From Eledone cirrhosa (lineage: Eukaryota), in assembly GCA_964016885.1 (NCBI GenBank), contig OZ024749.1, positions 186,001 through 250,000 on the forward strand: a stretch of 64,000 nt of DNA, in the 5' to 3' direction. Below the pieces are notes generated by a model that was not told the origin of the DNA, did not search any database, and saw nothing but the letters and a program-made list of their open reading frames with translations. The translations under genes and the position numbers were made by a program. Positions 24,913 to 38,979 of this stretch are shown here, one piece after another (the stretch's first letter is position 1; the number at the start of each line of letters is the position of its first letter).

Positions 24913-27669
24913 TGGCATAATTCCTTCGAATTGATGAGCTTTACGTCTTTAGAAGCCATATAATCTACTCATACTCTTCAATAAAAAAATGTTCGTCCTC
25001 TAGAAGCCATTTATGTATTAAATATGGTATATAATCTACTAATACCTTTCAAATTGAAGAGTTCCAGTGCTCTAGAAGCCCTTTCTATATTGAATATTGC
25101 ATATATATTGAAGAGTTCTAATATTTTATAGGTCATTTCTGTATTAAATATAGCCTATAATCTACTAATACCCGTCAAATTAATGAGTTTCAGCACTCTC
25201 GAAGCCACTTCTGTATTAAATATTGCATATACACTACTACTTCGTTTATGAGTTCTAGCACTGTAGAATATATTAATGTTTTAAATCTTGGATATAATCT
25301 ATTAATACTCTTCAAATGAAAGATGTTTCGAACTGTAGAAGCCATTTCGGTATTAAATATTGCATATATTCTACTAATTCCTTCGAATTAATGAGTTTTA
25401 GCCTTGTGGAACCGATTTATGTATTAAGTATTGCATATAATCTATTAATATCCTACAAATTAAAGAGTTCTAGTGCTTTACAAGCAATTTCTGTATTAAA
25501 TATTACATATAATCTACTAATATCCTTCAAATCAATGAGTTTTAGTCCTGTAGAAGCCATTTCTGTATTAAATATTGCACATACTGTACTATTTCCTTCG
25601 AATCAAAGAGTTCTAGTCCTAGCCATTTCTGTATTAAATATTGCTCATACACTACTATTTCCTTCAAATTCATGAGCTTTACACCTTTAGAAGCCATTTC
25701 CGTATTACATGTGGCATATAATCTACTATTTCCTTCGAATTGAAGAATTCTAGTCTTTTAGAAGCCATTTCGGTATTAATTATAGCATATAATCTACTAA
25801 TACCCTTCAAATTAATGAGATCTAGCATTTTAGAAGCTAGTTATGTAATAAATATTGCATATAATCTATTAATACTCTTCAAATTAAAGAATTTTAGTTC
25901 TGTAGAAGCCATTTCTGTATTAAATATTGCATACATACTACTATTTACTACGAATTAAAGAGTTCTTGTTCTAATGAAGTCGTTTCCGGCTTAGATATTG
26001 CATATAATGTACTATTTCCTTGGAATTAAATGTTCTAGTCCCTTAGAAGCAATTTCTGTATTAAATATTGCATATACTCTACTATTTCCTTCGAATTAAT
26101 AGGTTCTATCTCTGTGAAAGCTATTTCTGTATTAAATATTACATATATACTTCTATTTCCTCCAAATATATTAGTTGTCATCCTGTAGAAGCCATTTCTG
26201 TATTAAATATTGCATATACACTACTATTTCCTTCGAATTAATGAGTTCTAGCCCTGTGGAAGCCATTTCGGTATGAAATATTACATATATACTACTATTC
26301 CTTCCAAATATATTAGTTAACTGTATTAGATATTGCATATACTGTACTATTTCCTTTGAATCGAAGAGTTCCAGTCCTTTAGAAGCCAATTCTGTATTAA
26401 ATAATGTACATACACTATTATTTCCTTCGAATTAATGAGCTTTACTCCTTTAGAATCCATTTCCATATAATATGGCATACAATCTACTAATACCCTTCAA
26501 ATTAATGAGCTCAAGCACTGTAGAAGCTATTTATGTATTAAATATTGCATATAATCTACTAATACTCTTCAAATTAAAGAGTTTTTGTCCTATAGAAGCC
26601 ATTTCTGTATTAAATATTGCATACATACTACTATTTACTACAAATTAAAGAGTTCTTGTCCTTTCAAAGCAATTTCCGTATTAAATATTGCATACAATGT
26701 ACTATTTCCTTCGAAGTAATGAGCTTTAGCCCTTTAAAAGCCATTTCTCTACTAAATATTGCGTATACTCTACTATTTCCTTCGAATTAATGAGTTCTAG
26801 CTTTGTGGAAGCTATTTCTGTATGAAATATTACATATATACTACTATTTCCTTCAAATTAATCAGTTCTAGCCCTGTGGAATCTATTTATGTATTAAATA
26901 TTGCATATAATGTACTACTTAATTCGAATTGAAGTGTTCTAGTCCTTTAGAAGCCATTTCTGTATTAAATATTGCACATACACAATTATTTCCTTCGAAT
27001 TAATGAGTTTTAGCCCTTTAGAAGCAATTTCCGTATTACATATGTCATATAATCTACTAATACCCTTCAAATTTAAGAGTTTTAGTCCTTTACAAGCATT
27101 TTCTGTATTAAATATGGCAAATATACTACTATTTCCTACAAATATATTAGATTTAGTCCTTTAGAAGCCACTTCTGTATTAAATATTGCATATAGTCTAC
27201 TATTTTCTTCAAATTGAGGAGTCTATTGATATATTATTATTAATATCCTTCAGATTAAAGAGTTCTAGTGCTTTAGAAGCGATCTCAGTATTAAATATGG
27301 CATATATACTAATATTTCCTTTAAATATATTAGTTCTAGACATGTCGAAGCCATTTCTGTATTAAATATGGCATATAATCTACCAATACTCTTCAAATTA
27401 AAGAGTTATAGTGCTTTAGAAGCCATATCTGTATTAAATATGGCATATGTACTACTACTTACTACGAATTGAAGAGTTGTTGTCCTTTAGAAGTCATTTC
27501 CGTATTAAATATGGCATATAATGTACTATTTTCTTCGTATTAATGAGCGTTAGCCCTTTTGCAACCATTTCTGTATTAGATATTGCATATACGATACTAC
27601 TTCCTTCGAATTGAAGAGTTCTAGTCCTTTAGAAGCCATTTCTCTATTAAATATGGCATATAATCTACT

Positions 27670-28341
27670 TGTAGTGGAACTATGTCGCACCTCGCAATAG
27701 CAACATTTTCATATGCAATAAGGTCAAACTGACCAATGGGAAGTTGCCTATGAATACATGGTCAATCTCACTCTCACTCTCTGGTGAAAAAACTCAGAGA
27801 GCACTCAAGAGACCAGACAGACCGAGGTGACCAGGAGATTATACAGACGCGCGAAGATTTATTGTAAAATGACTCCTACATTCCTTTTCGACAAATAAAA
27901 TAATATTTATAGAGGATTGAGCATTAAATAGCTATTTATTTATATCCTGGAAGTCAGAAGCATTTACTACCGATGAGAAGCTACCAACTCTTCGATTAAG
28001 GTATTTCAATTATATCACTTATAAATAAGATCGTTCGAAGACTGATAACATACAATTGTAAAAGGATATAAATATATAGCTCTTTAATGCTCAATCCTCT
28101 ATAAATATAATTTTATTTGTTGAAAAGGAATGCAGGAGTCATTTTACAATAAATCCTCGCGCGTCTGTATAATCTCTTGGTCAGCTCGGTCTGCCTGGTC
28201 TCTCGAGTGCTCTCTGAGGTTTTTAACCAGAGAGAGAGAGTGAGATTGACCATGTATTCATATGCAACTTCCCATTGGTCAGTTTGACCTTATTGCGTAT
28301 GAAAATGTTGCTATTGCGAGGTGCGACATAGTTCCACTACA
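27670..28341. mobile_element. Long-TIR MITE, Ginger-like (TGT...ACA)
   Basis: Inverted arms of ~279 bp at 27670-27948 and 28063-28341, with termini TGTAGTGG/CCACTACA. A 4-bp TSD TACT/TCCT lies within a satellite monomer. Confidence 0.85.
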
Positions 28342-28582
28342 TCCTAATACCCTTCAAATTAATGAGTTTTCGTCCTGTAGAAACCATTTCGGTATTAAAT
28401 ATTGCATATACTTTCCTATTTCCTTCGAATTGAAGAGTTCAAGCCCTGTAGAAATTATTTCCTTCGAGTTAATGAGTTCGAGATTTGTAGAAGCTATTTA
28501 TATGTTAAATATTGCATATAATGTACTAATATCCTTCAAATAAAGGGTTCTAGTCCTTTAGAAGCAATTTCTTTATTAAATA

Positions 28583-29483
28583 CTAGCAGTAAAGCCCGGC
28601 GTTGCTCGGGGTCGCTCAGTAGCTGTGTTAAAGTTACAATGTTAAGTTTCTTTCTTGGCTTAAAAACTGTAGTGTCTACTGTGCAGACTTGCATGTGGTG
28701 TTTTTGATTAATATTCCCTCAACCAACAATATGCCTTATGAAGTTAAGAAAACATAACGATAACCCGAATGTTATAACAAAAGAGGATGCTGGGGATAGA
28801 AACTGCACTGGTTATTTATTAACAAAGATCGAAAATGTAAACACTGCAACGCAGAGAAAAACATTAGCGTAACCAAATTATCAGTTATGTCTGTCTGCAC
28901 GCCTATATCACCTCTCTGCACGACTGTCTGTCTGCACGCCTATATCACCTCTCTGCACGACTGTCTGTCTGCACGCCTATATCACCTCTCTGCACGACTA
29001 TCTGTCTGCACGCGTATATCACCTCTCTGCACGACTATCTGTCTGCACGCCTAACGACGAAATATTTGCTTGTTTTACGTAGTCTTTAAATAGACTTGTT
29101 TTCAAGTAAAAATATTGTTTTAAAATGCTTTTAAATGGAAATGAAGCAAAACGGAAGCTTAGTGTTCGAACTGATGAATTTTGCAGGTCAATATTTTGCT
29201 GGCTCGACAACGCTGAGAAAGCCAGCGTAATTTTTTACGTAAGACGCTCAATGTAAACAGAACAAAGGGAAATAACTGATAACTTACGCTCAAAAATCGA
29301 TACATTATATTCGATTTCGTCAGATAGGGTGGGTCAATTTGAAATTATTTTTTTTCCGATGTCTTCGCTAGGGCTCAATGTACAAGTATAGCAATTTCGG
29401 TGCAATTCCGTGAGAGATTCTAAGAGGAGATGTGTGCCAAAAATCGATAGACAGACAGACAACCACAGTTTTATATATATAGA
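28583..29483 (-). mobile_element. Non-autonomous Helitron
   Basis: The minus strand starts TCTATATAT and ends with hairpin CCCGAGCAACGCCGGG then CTAG. It is inserted at A|T of the satellite with no TSD. An internal ~37-bp tandem repeat lies at ~28890-29050. Confidence 0.9.
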
Positions 29484-32400
29484 TTGCATATAATCTACTA
29501 ATACCCTTCAAATTAAAGAGTTATAATGCTTTAGAAGCCATTTCTGTATTAAATATTGCATATACTTCACTATTTCCTCCAAATATATTAGTTTTAGTCC
29601 CATAGAAGCCATTTCTGTATTAAATATTGCATATACTCTACTATTTCCTTTGAATTGAAGAGTTCTAATCCTTTAAAAGCCATTGCTGTATTAAATATTG
29701 AGTATACACTACTATTTCCTTCGAATTAATGTGTTTGAGATTTGTAAAGCTTTTGATATATTAAATATAGCATATAATCTACTAATATTAAATTAAAGAG
29801 TTCTAGTCCATTCCAAGCCTTTTCTGTATTAAATATGGCAAATATACTACTATTTCCTCTAAATACATTAGTTTTAGTCCTTTAGAAGCCATTTCTGTAT
29901 GAAATATTGCATATGGTCTATTAATTTCTTCGAATTGAGGAGTCTATTAATATAATATTATTAGTGGATTGGCAGTATCGATAGAGGGTCGGACGCCATG
30001 CTTTCCAGCATAGTTACGTCCCTTTACGATCTGAGTTCAAATCCCGCCGAGGTTGACTTTGCCTTTCATCCTTACGGGGTCGATAAAATAAAGTACCAGT
30101 AATGCACTGGGTAATTGCTAGCCTTGTGCCTAAAGTAGAAACAATTATTAATATCCTTCAAATTAAAGAGTTCTAGGGCTTTAGAAGCCATCTCTGTGTT
30201 AAATATATCATATATACTATTATTTCCTCCAAATATTTTAGTTTTACTCCTTTAGAAGCCATTTCTTTATTAAATATTGTATATACTTTACTATTTCTTT
30301 CGAATGAGGCAGTTCTAGTACTGTAGAGGCCATTTGTATATTAAATATTGTATATACTCTACTATTTCCTTCGAATGAGGCAGTTCTAGTACTGTAAAGG
30401 CCATTTGTATATCAAATATTGTATATACTCTACTATTTCCTCTGAATGAGACAGTTCTAGAGTTTTAGAAGCAATTTCTATATTAAATATTGTATATACT
30501 CTACTAATCCACTCGAATTTGACAGTTGTAAGCCTGTAGAAGCCATTTCTTTATTAAATATTGTATATAATCTAGTATTTACTTTTGAATAATACAATTC
30601 TAGTCCTGTAGAAGCCATTTCAATAATAAATATTGTATGTGCAGTAGCAGTAGTATGGTATGGATCTGTAACTGTTGAGTGAATCATTAGGGTGCAATAT
30701 TGACATACAGCATTTTTGGGGTGTTTTTAAACCTAGCGGAGCCTATCCCCTCTCCAGGCCAATGTACAGCAGATTTCCTCCAGATAAGGATAGAGAAAGT
30801 AAGAGAACAGAAGTGAGAAAGAGATACAGAGGAAGAATCGACCACAGTACTAGACTTGTACTGTTTTTAGCGACCTCAAATGGATAAAAAGCCAAGTTGA
30901 CCTTGGTAGAATTTGAACTAAGAGAGCAGAGAGCCAAATTGATGTACTGCCACGTACTTTATCAGACCTTGTAACAACTCAGCAATAGTAGTATAAATAT
31001 AAAAATTGCAAGAACAACAATAACAATTTCATTTTTATTTTAAATAAGGAGGTGCCACAGCAAAAAAGCACCCACCCCACACTGTAAAGTGGACGTGTAG
31101 GCGCCACGGAAAAAAGCACCCAGCACTCACTGTAAATGAGGTTGGTGTTAGGAAGGGCATCCAGCTGTAGAAATCAAGCCAAAATCAGTTCCTGTATGAG
31201 CAAGGCATGGTCAGCCGACCAGACACTGCCCACAACAGGACAACCCATCTAACCCATGCTAGCATGGAAGAACGGACGTAAAACGGTGATGATGATGAAG
31301 GAAGTTACCTAAATAATTAACAATAAAAACAACAATGGAAAAATAATAATTGTTTCTACTTTAGGCACAAGACCAGCAATTATCTGCATTACTGGTACCC
31401 TATTTTATTGACCCCGTAAGGAAGAAAGGCAAAGTTAACCTTGGCAGGATTTGAACTCAGATCATAAAGGGCCATAACTCTATGTTGCATGTCGTCCGAC
31501 CCTCTTCCGATACAGCCAGTCTGAAAATAATAATTGACACAAATCTTTCTATTTGAAGAGAAAGGGGGAAAGCTGATTAGATTAACCCCAATGCATTACT
31601 GGTACTTTATTTCATTGACACCCCCCCCCCCCCCCCCCCAGTGCTTCAGAATGAGGCATACATACTATTAATATTTATAATGGAGCGCATTTTTTTTTTT
31701 TGGGGGGGGGGGGTAAAGATTGAAATAGGGTGAAGGACAAAAATGGTTAAGAATCATTGGGCTACATACTCTATTGTGTGTTCCAGTTGAGGCCATGCTA
31801 GGGCATTGCCATACTAAATAACATTTTTTTATATTCACAACTCATATGGTTTGATGCTCCACCCATTCTGCCAAACCAATAATAATTAGAATTTCTCACA
31901 ATTTTTTTTTTAAATAAATTTATTTCTAATATCAATATAACAAAAATAACAATGTTAATAATTGAAAAGAATATTAATGATTATGATTATAATTTGTTTC
32001 CAGTTATCTCAAAAGACACAAATGGTCACGAAAAGGGTCAAGATGTTGAAACAGTCCCTTGAATTTTAACGGTATTTACATGGCAACAACACTTCCTTCA
32101 GTAAGAACTATACAGTAAGAACTGACGTGCCTGTCGGAAATACTCATTTTATAAAACCTGAAAGTAAGAGAAATAAAAATTACAACAACAACACTAACAG
32201 TATCTGGCAATAATAATATTTTTTTCTGATTTAGCAACAAGACCAAAAACTTTTGGGGAAAGGGAAAGTCGATTTATTTAACCCCAGTGCATTAATGGTA
32301 CTTTATTTTATTGACTCTCATAAGGGTGAAAGACAAAGCTAACTTTCGCAGAATTTGAAACATGAAGGATTGTAAAATACTGCAATGCTTTTCATCTAAC

Positions 32401-33454
32401 ATTACAGAGTGTACTTGGTGCATTTTATCATAGCACCACCACTACCATTTTACAGAGTGGGCTGGGTGTATTTCTGGATGAGCAGTCTAATCCAACATAA
32501 TTCTAAAGCAGAGTTTTTGAATAAGTATATCACCGTCAATGTTTCTAAATCTGAAGGTTTACCATTGAAAAGTAGGAGGGCTGATGTATCATCCGGCGCT
32601 TCTCTCTCCCACTCCTTTCCTTGGTGAAGGAGCCATATTGGGGTAATGATAACACCTGAAAGACTTTAGTGGATGGAGTTTAGCTTATGACACATCCAGA
32701 GACTTATCTCATGAGATTCAGGAATTCACCTCAGAGAACTGGAGACAGCAATGTAGAGGAATGTCCGGTTTGTGGAGGAATTGTTGAATGTTCCAACCAA
32801 CAACAGGTTGAAGGATGATGATGTTATAACTGTGTTCCCCACCCCACCAACATCTCAGAAGCCTTGAAGACAGTCACATGTGCTACCTGTTTTTCTCTGA
32901 CTAAACCATAAAAAAAAATATCAAATAAAACCGCACAATCAACTTACTTATTGTTAGATAAGAAATACAACTTATCATTTACACTTAACGCGTTTTGGGA
33001 TATTTATAAAAATGTACGAAGTCAGGTAACCTCTGCCATCTGTAATGTAACAGTGTTTTGGCATCAATTCTCAAAAATATCCATCCTGTAGAATAGAAAT
33101 TGAAGAAAAAACATGCTGGTTATGGAAGCTTAATTATTCTTTGAAATTACTGATATCCCACAGACTTTCTTAAAAATTGCAAAATATGTGTTTTGGACAT
33201 AAATGATAACAAGAACTATGATGGTTAAAAAGGTTCACTACCTGATTATGGTAAAAATCACTAACCAATCACTATTAATTAATTCATTTTATATATATAC
33301 CTATATAATTATTTCAAGTAAAATACATTGGTTGATCAATTAATCAACCAACTGTCATGTAAACTGACATAAGTACTCCACGTCATGGGTACCTCAAGGT
33401 ATTACCTCTAAGGTATCAGACGGAATGTCAATATTATATACACAGTGGAACCTC

Positions 33455-34955
33455 AGAGTATTAGTAGATTTTATGACATATGTAATACAGAAATGGTTTC
33501 TAAAGGACAAGAACTCTTCAATTCGTAGTAAATAGTAGTATATATGCCTAGGAGATCAGATTAGCATGGGAGGAGGGTGTTCCGAGGCCATAGTATCTAG
33601 AATAAGGACGGGTTGGAAGAAGTTTAGGGAGCTGCTTCCTCTGTTGACGAAGAAGGGTTTTTCCCTGCGTACGAAAGGCCGGTTGTATGATGCCTGTGTG
33701 AGGAGCGCGATGCTGCATGGTAGTGAGACATGGGCAGCTACCGCAGAAGATATGCGACGGCTGGAGAGAAATGAGGCAAGCATGCTCCGTTGGATGTGCA
33801 GTGTAAATGTGCGTGAACGACCCAGCATAAATGTGTTGAGAGAGAAACTGTGTCTGAGAGGGATAGAATGTAGTGTACGGGAGAGGAGACTGAGGTGGTA
33901 TGGACATGTGATGCGCATGGAGGATGACCAATGGGTGAAGAAGTGCCAGGAAATGCCAGTTGAAGGAAGACGTGGTAGAGGTAGACCACGAAAAACATGG
34001 GCGGAGGTGGTGAGAACAGACCTCAGATCATTGAAGCTCACGGTGGAGATGACGAGGGACCGTGACGAGTGGAGAGATGCTGTGCTGAATAAGACCCGTC
34101 CCACCCTTGCAAGCAGGGAAAAGCGGACGTAAAATGATGATGATGATGATGATGATGCCATATTTAATACAGAAATGGCTTCTAAAGCACTAGAACTCTT
34201 TAATCTGAAGGATATTAATAATAATATATTAATAGACTCCTCTATTTGAAGAAAATAGTAGACTATATGCAATATTTAATACAGAAATGGCTTCTACAGG
34301 ACTAAATCTATTATATTTGTAGGAAATAGTGGTATATTTGCCATATTTAATACAGAAAATGCTTGTAAAGGACTAAAACTCTTTAATTTGAAGGGTATTA
34401 GTAGATTATATGCCATATTTAATTAGGAAATTGCTTCTAAAGGACTAAAGCTCATTAATTCAAAGGAAATAATTGTGTATGTGCAATATTTAATACAGAA
34501 ATGGCTTCTAAAGAACTAGAACACTTCAATTCGAAGTAAGTAGTACTGTATATGCAATATTTAATACATAAATAGCTTCCGCAGAGCTAGAACTCCTTAA
34601 TTCGAAGGAAATAGTTCAGTATATGCCACATTTAATTCGGAAATAGCTTCTAAAGTACAACAACTCTTTAATTCAAAGTAAATATTAGTATGGATGTAAT
34701 ATTTAATACAGAAATGGCTTCTACAGGAGTAAAACTCTTTAATTTGAAGGGTATTAGTAGATTATATGACATATTTAATATGGAAATGGCTTCAAAAGAA
34801 CTAAAGCTCATTAATTTGAAGGAAATAGTATTTTATATCCATTATTTAATATAGAAATGGCTTCTAAAGGATTAGAACTCTTCGATTCGAAGGAAATAGT
34901 AGTGTATATGCAATATTTAATTCAGAAATGGCTTCTAAAGGACTAGAACTACTAT
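33455..34955 (-). repeat. 71-bp satellite, inverted orientation
   Basis: The ATATTTAATACAGAAATGGCTTCT units are the reverse complement of the 23.9-30.6 kb monomer. Confidence 0.95.
33548..34157 (+). mobile_element. RTE LINE 3' end inserted in satellite
   Basis: RIRTGWKKFRELLPLL..RLRWYGHV..GRPRKTW followed by a (GAT)n tail. Confidence 0.93.
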
Positions 34956-34957
34956 AT

Positions 34958-35566
34958 TTAGAGGAAATAGTAGTTAATATGTAATAAAATACTTTGGAAG
35001 GTGGATCTTTGGCGATGTCTGCAAGAACTGAATAATTCGCTTTTTAAATTAATAGAATTTTGACACTTAAGTATATAAAAAATTTCCTCGATACATAAAT
35101 GACAGATTCTTGAGAAAGCCATCTTTTGGTATGCAGGTGCTTTCGAAATCGTTCCCCAAGATATTGAATAGTTTATATTATTGTCCTTTAAATGCCAAAT
35201 TAGATGCGAAAGTGAAGTGGAAGATTTTTTATCGGACCTATTAAATGTATGTTTGTGATTATACCAGCGTTCTTTGAATTTTGTAGAAGTGGCACCTATA
35301 TAGTTAAATATTTTGTCTATAGTTTTTACTGTGCATTTATATATTAAGTTTTTGTCTAAGCAATTGTTTTGTAAAGGGCAGTTTGATTCAATTCTACAGT
35401 TACATTTTCGGGAGTTGTTATTACTAGAAACGGTACTATTAGTATGAATATTGTTATTAGAAATATTATTATTGTTATCTTTGTTTGTTTGGTTAGGGTT
35501 TAAATTTAAGTTTCTATTATTAATTCTATTTATATTTTGTGCTATGTAATACCTTAAGGTAAACAA
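34958..35566 (-). mobile_element. Penelope-like element GIY-YIG endonuclease fragment
   Basis: CNCRIESNCPL linker, LIYKC..YIGAT..FKERWYNH, LSHLIW, CHLCIEE, ELFSSCRH. Confidence 0.85.
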
Positions 35567-37129
35567 TATTCATTGTGTATTTTTTTGTTGGTGTCCAAAT
35601 GAATAAATTGTTGCTACACACTCACACACATATACTCTCACATACATATACAAAGACACACACACAGACATATATTCACGCAGACACAGGCATAGCTTTT
35701 CACCTCATATTTTTGATAGTCGCTACACCAAATGAAAATAAAAATTATCACACATACTCACACACACATACACTCTCACACGCATACACTCACACTCTCA
35801 CATACACACTCTCACATACATATGCTGAGACAGACACACACAGACATACGTTCATGCACAGCTGTCTGTCATCACATATGTATCCGTATGTGTAGATGTG
35901 TGTTTGTGTTTAATTGTCTGTGTGAAGATAATGTGTATGCAACTTACTAAGGCTATATGTATGTGTAGATGAGTGTGTTTAATTCTCTGAGGCTTAACGT
36001 ATGCAACGACCTCGCAAACACACACACACACAGACACATACAAAACGTGACGTCATGGTAGTAGTGGTGGTGGTTTACTATAGTTCATTATAGAAATATT
36101 ATTTTAGATAAAATGTCATATTGTTTTAATCCAAATGAAAATAAAAATTACATGCTGACACTCCCGTGGTCTAATTTTACCTTGTAAAATTTGATTTAAT
36201 TTGGTCCAGCCGTTTGAGAATGCATAGGAACAGACAGACAGACAGGGAGACAAAGAATTTTATATATAGAGAGATAATTGATATTTTACTGAGTGATACT
36301 TTTTAATTTACCATCAATTAAATACTGTTGGGACTATGTCTGAATGTATTAAATTATATCAGGGACTTTTAACGCATGACACCGGTAAGAGTCTTGAAGC
36401 ATTGTCAACGACGCCATGTAGCTGCCGTCTTCATTATAACTTTAATTAATCTAATTATATTTTGTGTAACAATTATATATATATATATATATATATATAC
36501 ATACACACGTCTTACACTGTCATATCTATTCTTACTTTACAATTGTGTCTACTAAGAGTTTTATTACAATCTGTAGTAGTAAAACTACTAGAGCATCTGC
36601 TATCAGACAATATATATATATATAAGACCACATATCAACCTAATATATACGTATTTCCTATCAAATCTCTGGCTAAAGACATAAAGTTAGCCTCACTACT
36701 TCATTCTGACAAAGAAGGTAAGTTAAAGATTTACTTGAAGTCTATAATAATGTATGGTTTAAGCTGTGCTTTATAACTATATAGACATCACACAAGGTTG
36801 TATGATGTAATATTAATAACTAAAATCAGTTAATTTTTTAATTAAATGTTTATATCTAGAGTTTATTGATGTAAAAAATATTTTAGAATTTCAGGGTATT
36901 TCAGCAATTTTTATCATTAACACGTTTTTTTTTCACTAATGTTTTGTTTTATTTTTAAAATATTTAAAACTAAATTTTCTATTTTTTTTTTTTTTTTGTG
37001 TTATAAACCGTCTAAAAATTGTTATTCATACCAGGCCGGGAAATATAAATTAGATATACAAATGAGATTATGTACACACGTCAAAAATATATATACATTA
37101 TATATATTTTTGTATACATTAATCCCTCC

Positions 37130-37380
37130 TATTCATTCATCAGTCTCTCATAATGACATTTCCAAGCCTCCTTTTTCTGAGCATCAGTGACACTAAGTGC
37201 ACCAGCATCATTTTGGACACACTTATCCCCAACAACATCCTGATTTACACTGACACACTGCCTTGCAATGCGGAACACCTCACGTCTCTCATCTTCCCGT
37301 CGCAGAACATTGATAAACCTCTTACTTTCAGTCTCCCTGCCTGCTAAGTACACCTCACATCTAGCGTATACCTCTTTTAG
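37130..37380 (-). mobile_element. RTE LINE fragment
   Basis: REVFRIARQCV..DVVGDKCV..AWKCHYERL matches the start of ORF 62440-63966. Confidence 0.85.
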
Positions 37381-37635
37381 CGGCTGAGTATCGGTCTCTA
37401 CTCCTACCATGTATTTATATATATTATATATACATACACATGTATGTATATAAATATATATACATACACAATTATTTATATATATATATATAATTTTATA
37501 TATATGCAAAATTTCTATTTAAATTGTTGGGATACAACAAGCAAATATTTTTATAACTGATATAAAGCACTCGACAAGTATTTGTAGTAAATATACGATA
37601 TTAACAAATGGAAACTATACTTATAAAATCATATC

Positions 37636-37700
37636 TATTTTATTATACATATTTCAAGGATACCATGTTAAATTATGGTATGCTTTCATCAGACAAAATA
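37636..37700 (-). ncRNA. Type I hammerhead ribozyme (inverted copy)
   Basis: Reverse complement of 37802-37866. Confidence 0.8.
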
Positions 37701-37801
37701 CAATATATACCAGTTTTATATGTATCCTGATGTCTTCCAAAAGTAACGGTAGCATTTTGAAAGGGTATGTCAATATTTATTTATAAAACTGGTATATATT
37801 G

Positions 37802-37866
37802 TATTTTGTCTGATGAAAGCATACCATAATTTAACATGGTATCCTTGAAATATGTATAATAAAATA
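37802..37866 (+). ncRNA. Type I hammerhead ribozyme
   Basis: Stem I TATTTTGT/ATAAAATA, CTGATGA at 37810-16, stem II AAGCATACCAT/ATGGTATCCTT, GAAA at 37847-50, short stem III, and the UH site TA at 37857-58. Confidence 0.82.
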
Positions 37867-38979
37867 GATATGGTTTTATAAATATAGTTTCCATTTGTTA
37901 ATATCGTATATATATATATTCAAAATGTTAACAAATGAAAAATATTCGCATAATCAAAATATATACTTTCAAAGTTACTGTGTTGTTTCAGTACGTTTTC
38001 TTAGGAAATGCATATCGGTTCTTTTATAGACTATGTTAATCTCTTGATTGACTAAATACCTTTAGTTTGGTTTTGAATTTTCTAAATTTGAGATCTGTAA
38101 TATCTTCAGGTTTAGTTAATTTAAACGTTTAGATGTGTCGTACGGAGCTTTTGTTTACATTTATCGTGTATCATTTTCGTTTTATCCAAATTGATTAATA
38201 ATCTGTATTTAACTTGATCTATAGTATTGGATACAATAAGATTTGGTTGAATCGAAATAATAATACTTTCAAGAGTAATTATAGCTAATAATTAATCCTA
38301 TATGTAATTGACAAATATTGATTTAAATAGTATTGTTTATAATATTTATGATTCTAAACATTATATAAAATGCATATACAGATGCTAATATCCAAGTAAG
38401 TTATGTTAAATACTCTCATACTTATCTACTTACATATATAACCAGCAATTTCTCTGTCTGTCTGTCCGACAGTGGAAACACGTGCGTAGAGAGAGAGTGA
38501 GAGTGAAAGAAAGAGACAGACTACGAGAGGGGGATAGCGGGAGGGAGAGAGTGAATAGACGCTAAAACACGTGCTACAGAAACATTACCTTCCCCTCTCC
38601 ACTGACTTTGGTCACTGAGGCCGAGGGAACCGCGCTGAGCGCGTCATAATGACGTAATGCAGACAGCCAGACATGCAGACAGATATTATAAGGGCGCAAC
38701 GTTATATCTATGTATCTATCTAAAAAGGAAGACTAAGAATTATATAGAGAGAACGCTAAATCGCCTAATGCGGTCCCTAGGGCATTGAAAATTTTAAATA
38801 ATTTTTGCTCAAAACACTCACAGGACCATAAGTATTACATGTCTAAAGTTTGAAAACAATCGGTTGGATGGTTCTCAAGTTTTAGTGAGCTGACAGACAG
38901 ACAGACATTCTCTGTTTTAGATATATAGACTAGCAGAAAACCGCCCCGGGTGGTTTTCTGCTAGTCTCCTTATAATATA

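Larger units (their letters stand above)
23900..30630 (+). repeat. 71-bp satellite array (interrupted)
   Basis: Monomer approximately AGAAGCCATTTCTGTATTAAATATTGCATATACTCTACTATTTCCTTCGAATTAATGAGTTCTAGTCCTTT. Registers 25690 to 25761 and 26046 to 26117 are each 71 bp apart. Confidence 0.95.

Noticed and set aside
27965-28005. CCGATGA-GAAG..CTTC-GATT in the MITE spacer, resembling an HHR
   Set aside because: Both core boxes deviate and stems I and III are unconvincing.
29285-29330. Minus-strand CTGACGA plus hairpin inside the Helitron
   Set aside because: No GAAA follows the stem, so it is not a hammerhead.
23900-30630. Regular repeats suggesting a CRISPR array, and ORFs such as 25316-25675
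   Set aside because: These are contiguous 71-bp monomers without unique spacers. There are no cas genes and the context is eukaryotic.
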